Source: Batkoa obscura
Taxonomy: Eukaryota
Assembly (NCBI GenBank): GCA_030770535.1
Contig: JASVEC010000018.1
Location: 558,001 to 622,000, forward strand
Reading direction: 5' to 3'
DNA: 64,000 bases
This document shows, piece by piece, positions 10,822 through 23,201 of this stretch (its first letter is position 1; every line of letters starts with the position of its first letter). The notes below the pieces were generated by a model that made no database searches, was not told the origin of the DNA, and worked only from the letters and a program-made list of their open reading frames with translations. The position numbers and the translations under genes were made by a program.

Positions 10822-13594
10822 ATGAATCAACAATATCAACTTAGTAAAGGGTTTGGTAAATTTTCGGCTAGCGGTAATGGTATCTTTGAAGATTATCCAG
10901 GCCAAGTTATTTTACAAGTAGTTTCTATTAAAAATAATCAAGGTGCTAATGATAATGATCCAAATAAAAGATATAAGTGAGTATTATTAGATTGAATTAA
11001 ACTAAACTAAGCCAAATTATAATATATATCCTTTTATTGAATATCAATTAATTAACTATTTTTTTAAAAAACAATTAGAGCTCTTTGTTGGGATGGCGAA
11101 AGTAAAATTCAAGGTAAGAAAATTGGCTAAATGATAGTAAATGGATTAAAACTAATATTTTTTTTTTAATTTTATTTAGTTTACTTCTCAGTCGAATTAA
11201 ATGAAAAATTACATTCCGGCTACATCCAAAATTATTTATTAATTCATTTAGTTAATGGACAATTTGCTGATTTTAATGGAAAAAGGTAATTAGAAGATAA
11301 AATAATGACTATTTAATTTTAATTGTTGATATTAATAATATTCAATGACTAGATATATCATTATTCGTGAAGTTAATGCTTTATATAATCCAGGCCATAT
11401 TTTAGAAGATCCAGCCATTAATAATAATCCTAATAATAATGCCCACCCACAGGTAGCTGGGATGCAAAATCCTATTCAAAATTTTCAACCAAATTTAAAT
11501 AACAATATTAATAATCCAACGCCTAAACAAGAAAATAATCATAACAATAGCTTTAATCAAAGTTTTAATAGTAATAATAATCAAAGTTTTAACAATAATT
11601 CTAATCCAAATATGAATCAAAACAGGTAAATATTGAAAGTAAATAGATGTAATTAAGTTAACTAAAATTAACGTTATAGTAATATAAATGATTCTATTCC
11701 GGAGGGTATGAGAATTATACCAATTTCAAATTTAAATCCATTTCAGAATAAGTAATTTATTTTGTTTTGTTTATTCATTTTGTTGTTTATTTATTATAAA
11801 ATAAGATGGACAATTAAAGCAGTAGTTTCTTTCAAAGGGGATATACGACAATACAATAATGCCAAAGGGCCAGGTAGATTAATTAATATTCATTTTATGG
11901 ATGATAGTGGGGAAATTCGAGCTACTGCATTTAATGAACAATGTGATAAATTTGGTTCTTTGTTAGAAGTTAATAAGGTAAATGATTATCATTAGTGTTA
12001 TATCAATATAATATTTATATATTTAGAGCTATTATATTAGTAATTTAAGAATTGGACAAGCTAATAAAAAATATTCGACATTAAAGAATGATTATGAATT
12101 AACTTTTACTTCGGTTTCAGAAGCTATTAAGGTAAATTTTATTTAATACATAATCATTCATTTATTTTTATTTTTTTAGTGTGACGAAGAACATCAAGTT
12201 AAAGTTCATTATGAATTCATACCTATTTCTGATATTGAATTAAAAGATGTCAATTCCATTGTTGGTAATAATACATAATATAATAATAATAAATAATACA
12301 ATAAAATATAATACAGTATATTAAATCAATTTATATTTAGATGTTATTGGAGTAATTACGGATATTAGTGACATTATTGAATTTACGTCAGCTAAACAAA
12401 ATAAAGAAGTAAGTTAAATTTATTAATAATAATTACTAAAAATAGTATCTATTACTTATAATTTGTTTAGTTTAAAAAAAGAGAAATGACATTAGTCGAT
12501 TCTTCAGCAACAAGTATTAAATTCACATTATGGAATGAATTAGCAACTAGCTTTAATGGTACTATTGGAGATATAGTTGCATTACATTCTGTCAAGATTG
12601 GGGAATTTCAAGGCAAAAGTTTGTCAACTGTCGGAACAAGTATTGTAAATATTAATCCAGAAATCAATCAAGCTTATGAATTAAAACATTGGTAATTTTG
12701 ATTATTAAAAATAATCAAATAATCATTATTAACGTTTAATTTATTTTTGTTTTTATTAGGTATAACAGTAATAATAATAACACTAATTTTAGAACTTTAG
12801 CCAATAATAATATGGGTGGTATGGATATGGGTAATTGTGAAATAAAACAGTTGGATATTATTAAAAATGATAATGAATTCGGTAGAAATAATGTAAGTTT
12901 ATATTTAAATAATAACAGTAATATACATTAAATTAATTTTGTTTTATTTAATTTAGCCCGAAAAATTTAGTTGTATTGCATGGATTACAAAAATTAAAGA
13001 TGGTGCAACTTATCCAGCATGTCCATCAGATAATTGTAATAAAAAAGTAATTGAATCTTCAGACGGTTGGTATTGTGCTAAATGTAATCGTAATTTTGAA
13101 AATCCAGATTATAGGTAATAATAGTATATAAATTTACATGTATAATATATTAATGGTACTATTATAATAATAATTAGATTTATTATTAATTGTTCTATAT
13201 CGGATTCTCATGAAGATATTTGGGTCAATTTATTTCATGATCAAGCTGTAAATTTGTTAGGTTTTTCAGCTAATGAATTTGAACAAAGAAAAGTAAGTTT
13301 ATAATATACAATAGTAACAATGATTAATTGATTAATTTCTTATTAAAATAGAATGAAACTAATGAACCACAACGAATCGTTAGTCATATATTATTTAAGC
13401 CATTTATGTTTTATATAATTGGTAAACCAGATACTTATGCTGTAAGTTTTTATAACAATAACAATATAACATTAACAAGTTGTTAAATTTCTTTATAGGA
13501 TCAAACTCGAGTTAAATTCACTGCTCGTAATATTCAAGTTATTGAACCAAGTAATCGTATGGAAGAATTAAAAACTATATTAAATTCTTATTAA
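10822..13594 (+). CDS. RFA1: Replication protein A 70-kDa subunit, ~14 introns
   Basis: OB-fold motifs LNPFQNKWTIKA, DDSGEIRATAFN, IKFTLW and the zinc ribbon YPACPSDNCNKKV...WYCAKC across short exons. Confidence 0.92.
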
Positions 13595-13673
13595 ATTTTG
13601 ATAAAATGAATAAAATTGACATTCTTAGCTTATTAAATGTTAAAATATAATATTAATTAATAGCTAATATTTT

Positions 13674-14789
13674 TTATTTTATATAAATAATAGTAAATGC
13701 ATACCCATTACCAAATTTAATAACATTATTATAAATTAGTATTGGTTCATAAATTATACTGATATTTTCATCAATACAATTAAAATGTTCATTCCATCCG
13801 TTTGTATATAATTCATTATTATTTAATAAATACAAATTATAATTGGAGCCTAAACTTACTTTATTAATATTATTTAATTCAATTTTATTTAATATGTTAT
13901 TATTATTATTATTATTATCTTTCTTTCCAATCGCCAATTCTCCTAATTGATTAGAACCAAAACTATAAATATTATTTTCATCATCCATTATTATATTATG
14001 AAACCAACCTGAGTGAATTTCCTTAACTTTAATATTTAAATCTAATTTAATAGGTTTATAACTTGATTTCATCTCCTTATTAGCTAATTGTTCTTTATTA
14101 TTTCTACCTACTATAAATATTTCATTTTCTTTTGTTAAAAGCACGGTATGATCTAAACCTAAACTAATATCGATAATATCTTTTACTTCAATTATTTCAG
14201 TTATTTCTATCAAAAATCTGTTTTCTTTTGGATTCTTTAATAATTGACCATATTTATTATCTCCCATGCCATATATTTTGCCTTCTTCTGTTAAGATTAT
14301 ACTATGCTTAATTCCACTATAAACCGATTTAATTTTTTGAGAAAAATTGATTTGATGATAATGTATTTTTTTATCTTTGTGACCTAATTGACGATAAGTA
14401 TTATCACCAAATAGAAATACTGTGGATTCATTACTATCCTCTTCACCGTTTTTTTTAACTATTATAGTATGATTAAACCCTAAACTGATTGATTCAATCC
14501 TGCATTCCTTTTTCTCTCCCTCTTCATTCCAATATTTATTTTTTTCGAATCGAAAATAATTCTTGATATTTCCCATCTCTTTGTAATTTAATTGACCAAA
14601 TTTATTACAACCTGAAATAAAATAATTGTTTTGAATATCTTGAATAACACAATGATTTCCACCTCCATAAATATTTTTAATAGGATAATTTAAATCTTCA
14701 ATATGAATTTCAACACTTTTTTCTTTATCACTTTCAAAACCAAGTCCTAATTGACTTCCACTATTACTACCAAACCCATATAATGGCAT
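13674..14789 (-). CDS. ATS1: RCC1-repeat protein, ATS1/KTI13 (SERGEF/DelGEF)-like, intronless
   Basis: N-terminus MPLYGFGSNSGSQLGLG, GGGNH, repeated G.N..GQL RCC1 units and GWNEH near the C-terminus, as in the Ats1/SERGEF family. Confidence 0.65.
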   Translation of the reverse strand: MPLYGFGSNSGSQLGLGFESDKEKSVEIHIEDLNYPIKNIYGGGNHCVIQDIQNNYFISGCNKFGQLNYKEMGNIKNYFRFEKNKYWNEEGEKKECRIESISLGFNHTIIVKKNGEEDSNESTVFLFGDNTYRQLGHKDKKIHYHQINFSQKIKSVYSGIKHSIILTEEGKIYGMGDNKYGQLLKNPKENRFLIEITEIIEVKDIIDISLGLDHTVLLTKENEIFIVGRNNKEQLANKEMKSSYKPIKLDLNIKVKEIHSGWFHNIIMDDENNIYSFGSNQLGELAIGKKDNNNNNNNILNKIELNNINKVSLGSNYNLYLLNNNELYTNGWNEHFNCIDENISIIYEPILIYNNVIKFGNGYAFTIIYIK

Positions 14790-14864
14790 TTTTATTGATA
14801 TTAGATCTTATATAAAATGTAAATGACAATAATAATAAAGAAGAGAGAATAAGACAATAAAGAA

Positions 14865-15875
14865 TTACGTTTTTATTTGAATTTTATTAATTACTTGTAA
14901 TAAGTTATAGATTTTCTCTCCATCAGCCTCTGATTGGTTATTACGATCAATTAATAAACTGAATATCCCTAATTTTAAAGACATCAAATAATCACTATAA
15001 AAAAAAATATATAAATTAGTAATACGTAATTAATATATAATTAATTTAAATAATATAATAACATTTTCCTCCCTTACCATTCATAATCATCGCCAATATG
15101 TAATAATTGATTTTTATCTATATTATATTCTTCTAATATTAGCTCCAACATCATTGGGTTAGGTTTTAATTCATAATTAATAGATAAATAAACATTATCA
15201 AAATACTTCATTATTTTTTTTTCTTTTAATACATTAACTAAACAATAAGTTAATATCAGTTTCAATACAATCAATAATAACATAGTAGAAAATAATAAAA
15301 TTCTCAACTTACTTATTCTATTATCCATATTAGAACAAATTACTAATTTAATATTATTACCAAACTTTAATTTCATCATTCTTAGAAACAAAATTGTATC
15401 CCAATATAGTACATAATATCTAGCATCAAATTCGTTATAAGTAAATTCTGCCAATTGATCAATCTGTCTTCTGTTCAAATTATTTCTAAATAAATCGAAG
15501 TAGCAATCTCCAACTAATTTTAACCACCATTGTTTTTCTGTAGATGGGACAGAGGAAGAGAGTTTATAGTTTGGATATAATGAAGAATGTTTTTTATAAT
15601 GGATTTTAAAGCTGTTATTGATTCGAAAAGATAAATTATGTTTTAATTCCAATGGTAAAGTTATATCGCTTTTTTCCAATATTTGACACTGAAAAGTAAA
15701 TCATTGTTAATTCTGTTAGTTCTATGGGTCTATTATTATAATTGATAGATAGTAAAATGGAATATAGATTGAATAAATCATTACTTACATAAATACTACC
15801 GATATTACCTTTTGGCTTTAATAAAGTATTAAATAAATCCAATGAAATGACTTTGATATTATTATACACTTTCAA
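14865..15875 (-). CDS. HAD-superfamily hydrolase (HDHD3/REG-2-like), multi-exon; start codon uncertain
   Basis: Motif I ISLDLFNTLL, motif II CSNMD, KP and motif IV HIGDDYECDY across GT-AG introns; stop TAA at 14865-14867. Confidence 0.75.
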
Positions 15876-16324
15876 TAGATGAAAAGTTAATTGCTTATCA
15901 GTATAACAACTATTATTAATTACTCATTTTGCTTGCTTAATGTTGAAATAAATAATTTCTTTATTTCTTGTCACAAGTATTATTTGAAAAGCAAAACAAC
16001 CAATCAATTTACAGCTATTTTAAAAAATTTAAAAATGAGCTTGAATTTCAAAATTGATAGCATCTCTCATTATATCTGTTTAATTTAATTTATAAACTAA
16101 AATATTATGTATCCTCCGTCATCACAAAACCATTGTATAAATAAACATCTATGTATTAAAAATATATTAAAATAAAAATAAAATAAAACAAACTTCATTT
16201 TTTTAAAATCATCTTTTATTCAATAACATTTCAAATAATTATAATTACTTTTTCACATATACAAAAGTCATTAAAAATCAAAATCTGTTATTACTCCTCA
16301 CAAAAATAAAAAATGACTTAACGT

Positions 16325-18127
16325 TTAATTTTGATTGCGATGACCATTATTATTACTATTGTTATTAGCATAATTATAATGATTATTCGCTCCTGGTGAA
16401 TTTACCCCACCATTTCCTTGCATTGGATTTTGTTCACTATTATTATTATTATTATTATTTGGATTGTATCTTTGATAATTGTTGTTATAACCTCCTCTGC
16501 CACCTTGATGTTGTTGTTGATGATTATTTGGATTATAGTTGTTACGATGATTATTGCGATATTGACTTTGTTGGCCACCTTGTTGTCCTTGATGATGTTG
16601 ATGATGTTGATTATTGTTGTTATAATGATTTCTGTTATTATAATTATTATAATGTCTACCATTATTATTATTATAACTAGTCAAACCTTCCATTTGCTTT
16701 TTTTGTACTTCTTTAGCAGCTACAATATCTGGTTGTTGAGTACGATCTTGATTCAAAGCACTTGGAGCCACATATAAAGAGCGATCAATTTCTCCAGGTA
16801 TTGGCTTAATTTCAGTACCTAATTCTTGCTCAATTTTGTATAATTGTCGACTATCTTCTTCAGTTATTAAATTAATAGCTAGCCCAAAATGTCCAAATCT
16901 ACCAGAACGTCCAATACGATGAAGATATGTTTCAGCAGTCTTTGGAAAATCAAAGTTGATAACTACATTCACGGCTTGGATATCAATACCACGAGTTAAT
17001 AAATCAGAACAGACTAAATTACGACATAATCCTTCTCTAAAATCATGGAAAACTCGATTACGTGAATTTTGGTCCATTTTAGCATGAGTGAAATAGCAAG
17101 AGTATCCAATCTCAGTAATTTTACGTGCCAACAGTTCTACACGAGTTGTACTATTACAAAATATAATAGATTGGTTGATTTGTAATTTAGAAAATAAAGT
17201 ATTAAGACAATGAACTTTTTGAGATTCAGGTACAAAAGCATAATATTGAGTAATACCTTTTAAAGTTAAATCATCCATTAAATTAATTTCATACGGTCTC
17301 TTCATCCATTTATCTGAGAATTCCTTGACCATTAATGGGAAAGTGGCACTATATAACATAATTTGTCTTTCTTTTGAGACATAGTCTAACAATTGTTCAA
17401 CTACTTGAGTAAATTCAGCTGATAGTAATTTATCAGCTTCATCCATAACAAACGTTGTACATTCACTTAAATCAGCTACTCCTTTACCAGCTAAATCAAG
17501 GATACGACCTGGTGTACCACAAATAATATGAACTGTTTGAGTTAAACGAACAATGTCTTCTTTTAAATTGGTACCACCAGTAGCTACCATAACTTCAACT
17601 CCCAATTTATTACCAATGACTTTACATACCTGAGCTGTTTGTAAAGCTAATTCACGTGTAGGTACTAATAAAAGAGCTTGTATTTTTGGTTTTTTGACAT
17701 TGATTTTTTCTAAAGTGGGTATTAAAAATGCTGCTGTTTTACCCGTACCATTTTTAGCACGTGCCAATATATCACGACCAGTTAAGGCAATGGGTATTGA
17801 TTCTTCTTGAATTGGGGAAGGTCTTTCATAACCAAACTCATAAATCCCCATCAACAATTCTCTTTTTAATAAAAAGTCATCAAACTCAGTTCCTTTTGTA
17901 TTAGTAACATCCTAAAGTAATTAGAATTAATACTGTTTGCCATTAAAAATAAAATAATACTTACCTCAGTTTGAGGTCTAGTATCTTTTGGTGGTTTTTT
18001 TGCAGTTAATTTCCAAGAATCAAAGTTTTGACTATAATATTATTGTTAAATACGGATAAAACATTTAAATTATTTAAACTTACGTTAAACTTTCTACTGA
18101 GTTTATACTATTTGGATTAAAAGACAT
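16325..18127 (-). CDS. DHH1: DEAD-box RNA helicase Dhh1/DDX6 with N/Q-rich C-terminal tail; 2 introns near the 5' end
   Basis: [29 protein letters not shown] and [11 protein letters not shown] are Dhh1-type motifs. Confidence 0.96.
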
Positions 18128-19030
18128 ATTGAAATATTTTACAAAGAAAATAAAAGCAAGATTAAGTAAAGAGAGTGAGGGAAAGAAAATAAAAGATTAA
18201 AAAAATAAAGATTAACGAGTACAGATAGTAAATCAAAGTTAATTAGCAATAAATTTTTGTTAAAAAGAACTTAACAAATATATCAATTCTTTTTAAAATT
18301 AATGGTTAAATCGTATACCTAATTTATAACTAATTAGTATCCAATTTATTTAAATTCAAAAAATTTGACTTACTATTTAAATTCGATTAAATAATATATA
18401 AATATAAAATTTCTTTTGATATGGCTTTGTAAATAAAAATAGTTTAAATGAATTAACTTCAAATGATATTTTTATAATAAATGTTTGAATCAAATTTTCA
18501 ATTGATAAAAAAAACGATGTAGATGATAAATTTTGAAAAACTATAACTTTCAATAAAATAAAACTCTTAATATAATTTTAAAGGTTTTAAGTAATATAAT
18601 TTATAATTTTGAGATGGATGGATCTTCGTTTAATATCTTTTCTTTTAGATAAGTTGTCCTTATTCCTTTATAATTGTATACAAAAAAGTACTTATTTTGA
18701 TTTCATGTACTTTTTCTTTGCTAACGTTATCAGAAAGACCTACCCCATTTTCTTTCTTTTATTTCATTCAATCATTTTGTTCCATTTACTTAATTATTGG
18801 TTTTTAATTGCTTTTGAGTCTTTTCAATTGCACCCCAAATGTTCGTCAGCTTAATTCTTTAAAAACCAACTTTAAAGCTTAAATTTGATTGGATATCAAT
18901 TCTACGTCATCTCTCCAATATTTGATATTAAATATTAGTAAAAACAAACAGTAATAATAAAATATAACAATAAAATATAATAATATTATTAATGATATTC
19001 AATACTTGATATGATTTTTGTTTAATAATA

Positions 19031-20573
19031 TTAAAAGTCACTAGATATAGAATTTATTATAGGGAATGGTTCCACTTTAGAAAGTACAAGTATCTGTTGA
19101 TCATGGGCAACATAACCTCGAATAAACTCCTAAACGAACTTTGATAAACTTTGTTATAAATATTTAAATAAACTTACATTTCTTATTAGACTTGAAATTT
19201 CTAACTCAAGTAAAATATTACTTGTATCATTATTTCCATTTTCCTCCTTTTTTAATAAAATATGGTGAGCTTTATAAATGGTGTTTAACGGTATCCTTGA
19301 ATTATTATCATGGATGCTATATATTTTTTTAATTAGCGAATAGATTATTATTATTCTCATCTTTTCAATTAATAATAAACAGTCGGTACTTTTATAATAA
19401 TCTATATTTTTTTTAAGACTTTTTTCATATAATTGAATATCTCCTCGTTGAACTGCCAATACTAAAGAGTGATAATGTTTTACTAAATTAGGATATTTTT
19501 GTAATAATTGAATCTTTGGCAAGTTTAATAAGTTAAGTTGTAATGGTATCAAATATTTTAAAATGGATCTAAATTATCGTTATGATTATTGTCATTATAA
19601 ATAAACAAATGTAACTTACTCTTGACATTCAGTAGCATAACCTGGGCATAACTCAAATGCTTTTTTAAAATAATTTAAAGCCTTGATTTTTATTAGTTTA
19701 TATTCCACTTAAAATAGATAAACACCTACTTCATTATATTTGGATTCAAAAAAATCATTAACACCTAAATAATAAAAATAAGCTAACACCTGACTTTTTG
19801 GAAGTAAATTGACATCAATATCTGCTGTAGCAATCAACCTCATCACTGATTTAATTAAATTAAATTGTTTTCTTTTAATATAAAAACTTAACAATAAATT
19901 CACAAACTTATACGTTCCCCATTTTCTACTGCTTGTTACCTCCTGTCTATCATTACTACAAAAGCCTACACATCTCGTCACTAATTGAGAATATCTTTCT
20001 AATTTATCATCACTTTGATTATCATCATCAAGCTAAAATCATGTCCTTTAATGATACTTTGATATAATAAAAAATTTACTTTGTAAGCCAGTTGTTTGAT
20101 TTCTTTTAATAAGGGATCAAACAAACATAAATGTTCTCTTGTTAGATTGGTTAATCTTAATAACTCACTAAAAAAAACCAAATGATTATCCTCGATAACT
20201 AAAAAATAAAAAATAAAAGTTTACCATACACTTTCAAATAAAGCTTCAAAAATCTCTAGCAGTTCACCTTTGCCCAAAGCGTGTCTTGCTTGAGTGAGTT
20301 TTAAAAAAAAGGAACCAAAAGGTCGGGTTATCTTTGGTTTTACATATTCTTCATAGGTTAATTTGACTCCATTTGACTCGTACTAATTTATAATTTCAAT
20401 AAAATAAATAATATATATAAATCACTTACATCATTCATATCAAGAAGCAGCTCTGTATAAATCACTGGTACATAATCTTTACTTAATGTAATCCAATCTT
20501 TCTTTTTAATTAATGTGTTCACTTCGCGTACATATTGGTTTATAAACATGAATTTTACTCCTTTCTCTTTCAT
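19031..20573 (-). CDS. CSN12: PCI-domain protein CSN12/PCID2 (Thp1-like), multi-exon
   Basis: CSNDR...SSRKWGTY, YFYYLG, ILKYLIP and the final exon IRGYVAHDQQILVLSKVEPFP. The start could be either of two in-frame ATGs. Confidence 0.8.
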
Positions 20574-20649
20574 TTTCCTGAAATAATTTAATAAAAAGAG
20601 GAACTAAATAGTGAGTTTTATCTCATTCTAAAAAGCAAAAATTGCAGAA

Positions 20650-21175
20650 ATGTCAGGGATTATCACCCTGATATTCCTGGTAAAATAAATTATAAGGTAA
20701 TTTGTCAATTGAATCTCTTGAACTGGATATAACTTCTCAACCAGTTCTTAACAATTCAATCCTTTACTAAATCAGGATTGAAGCGGATTACAAGGGCTAT
20801 TTCAAGAAGGAAATGATTCATATAATCCAAAGTAAAACTGTTAAAAGTTTTGTTTAAGAGTCCTTTTACTTTATCTCTTATCCTTAAGTATCAAAGTTTT
20901 AAAGTATTTAAACACAGTAATTTTAGTTAATTACTATAAGGAGTAGTTTTTGTTCTAATAAAGATATTATATGTTAGCTTTAGTTTTTAGCTACATCCTG
21001 TCAAGTCTTTAGGATTGTAGAGCTTAGCTCAGCTGTTCTTCACAGTTATATATTAGGGAGATTTCGATAAGCTCCCCCCGGCTATTAAATCTACTAGCCG
21101 CTTACCTTTTGTTACATTTACACAGATACTAGCTTGATTTCAGATTATCACAAACAAGTTAGATAAAACTCCTTT
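20650..21175 (+). ncRNA. Candidate structured non-coding RNA, unassigned
   Basis: Dense series of GC-richer hairpins in an ORF-free interval; two G-U pairs favour the + strand (see findings). Confidence 0.25.
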
Positions 21176-21228
21176 ATTTACCACAAATGTTTGATATAAA
21201 AACATTACAAAAGTTAAAAGAAATTCGA

Positions 21229-21300
21229 GGGCTCAGCAGGGAATTGAACCCTGGACCTCTCGCACCCAAAGCGAGAATCATACCACTAGACCACTAAGCC
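21229..21300 (-). tRNA. tRNA-Pro(TGG)
   Basis: GGCTTAGTGGTCTAGTGGTATGATTCTCGCTT-TGG-GTGCGAGAGGTCCAGGGTTCAATTCCCTGCTGAGCCC; complete 72-nt cloverleaf. Confidence 0.96.
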
Positions 21301-21556
21301 TCTTAAAGCTAGTTATAATCCAAGTATTTTTTTAGAATATATTATACCTAAAATGCCACTTCTGAAACATTTTATTTTTTGAATGGTTTTTGAATTTAAA
21401 CAGTTTATAATGTATTCGATATAAATACACCCTATATTAATAATTATTTTGTATATAAATAAAGACAATTATGGAGTATTTTAAATCAACTTCATTAATA
21501 CCAAAGATTGCTTAAATATGTTTAATTATAACATTTTATTTATTATCGAAAATAAA

Positions 21557-21662
21557 ATATAGGGGTATCTTTTTTGACTTATTATTTTTTCCATTTTTTA
21601 AGCGCTATTTAAATGGAAAATTTGTTAGCAAAATTCTTAAACACAAAAATACATCCCCATAT
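21557..21662 (-). mobile_element. MITE family A, copy 6
   Basis: Reverse-complement consensus match with ATAT flanks; ~255 bp upstream of tRNA-Pro. Confidence 0.88.
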
Positions 21663-22827
21663 AGTAACTCGAGGCTTTTTAATTGAATTATTTTTTGATA
21701 TCTCGTACATTTAATAAAGTCAATAAATTTTCTTTATAGTATTTTACGTAGATTTTACAGTAATATTGCCTATTCCATTTGTTTTACATAGTTTACAGTC
21801 TATTACGTGCTATTCTTAATAATTCAAGTCTATCTTAGTCACATAAACTAAGACCTTTCGAGTTACAACCAGTCAGTCAAGCAAATACTGCTTTTGACTC
21901 CAATCACTGAGTACCAGATTTCAGAATTATTGGTAACTTAAAAATATTAGTATTCAATAGTTAATTTCTAATATTTAATAGATATTAAAGCTTCTAAATT
22001 TTAGTTATAAGATAAAATATAGTTGATTTCTTAACTTCATAGTTTCAATTAAAATTATATTGAGTTTTTTAAATTTGTTATTATGTTCAATAAAGCATAA
22101 ACATTTTTTAATATTCTATGTTTCTTTAGTATTTTTGTTTTCTAACATTTTTTGAAAATTATACTTATTTTATTATTAAATATAAAATACCAAACTTTAA
22201 TACCAATATGGCTTATTTATTACAATATTCTAGATCTATTAGATTTTGTGTTCTTGTGTTTATGTTATTCAAAGCTTAAAATTATTATACAACTTCTGTT
22301 ATTTGGTTTTTTAATAATTTTATTATGTTTTTTTAAATGTTAATATGATATTTATATAATTTATATAACCTTTTTATTACTTTTTATTTTTATTTTTATT
22401 TTTATTTTTAATAGTAAATTGTGATAATAATATTTTATTATTAGTTATCTTTAAATAACCATATTAATTTTTATTTACATTAAAAACTTTCATATTTATT
22501 AAAAAAATGAGACAATCAAAATAAGACTTAAGTTTTCTTAAATTTAGTTAATGATATGTTAAGGACTTACAAAAACTTAGTTTGGATTAATTTTTAACTA
22601 AATCCTGAAGCCAATTTGGACATCCCCATGTAGATTTAAAAATATTTAAATCAGAATAATTTTAAAGTGAATATCGTATTTTAAGGAGCATCAATATAAA
22701 AATATGTCTATGTTTTGACATCAAAATATTATAGAATACTTAACACCATATCTCAGTATAAAAATGTGATTAAATTTACTTCTTTAGAAAATAGAATTTT
22801 TTATTTTAAAGATTATTTTTTAAATAA

Positions 22828-22897
22828 TTTATCCATTCAGCGATATTAAAAAATACCTATTTTTTTGCCAGTTTATCCATTCAGCGACATATTAAAA
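22828..22897 (+). repeat. Direct repeat TTTATCCATTCAGCGA(CA)TATTAAAA x2 upstream of the MFS gene
   Basis: Copies start at 22828 and 22872. Confidence 0.8.
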
Positions 22898-23201
22898 GTC
22901 AGTAACAAGTTATAACTTATTGTCAAAACTATTGACAAAATGCTAGGTAAACCAATAACTATCAAGAATAGCCAACTATAAACTATACTTTTTCGGCTAA
23001 TTTTGAAATAGTTTATATAAATGTGAAAGTGATAGAAAATAATTTAAGCATTGTCCGAGGTTATATTACTAAGATAATAAAGTAACGATATGTATCAAAT
23101 AATTTTGAACATAATGAGGGCTTGAATAAAGTTAGTGTGATACTAATATATAAGAATTAAATGAACATGAAATCAAACTAAAAGTAAATCAAAAACAAGA
23201 G

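Noticed and set aside
11025..11036. ATATCCTTT resembling a U12-type 5' splice site (also near 29731)
   Set aside because: One lies inside an ordinary GT-AG intron and the other is intergenic; no exon boundary needs them.
13674..14789. ATS1 ('alpha-tubulin suppressor') linkage with the alpha-tubulins
   Set aside because: 25 kb away, and the established role of Ats1/Kti13 is in Elongator-dependent tRNA modification; the link is only the name.
16396..16777. Poly-Ile/Tyr/Leu ORFs overlapping DHH1
   Set aside because: Shadow frames of the AAT/CAA-rich Dhh1 tail.
18609..18910. ORF and hairpin (aaaaagtac/gtacttttt) between DHH1 and CSN12
   Set aside because: TTG start with no protein features; a single AT-rich hairpin is insufficient, and the region is probably DHH1 promoter or UTR.
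20638..20652. aaattgcagaaa resembling a group I intron P element
   Set aside because: Q, R and S elements are not found in the required order.
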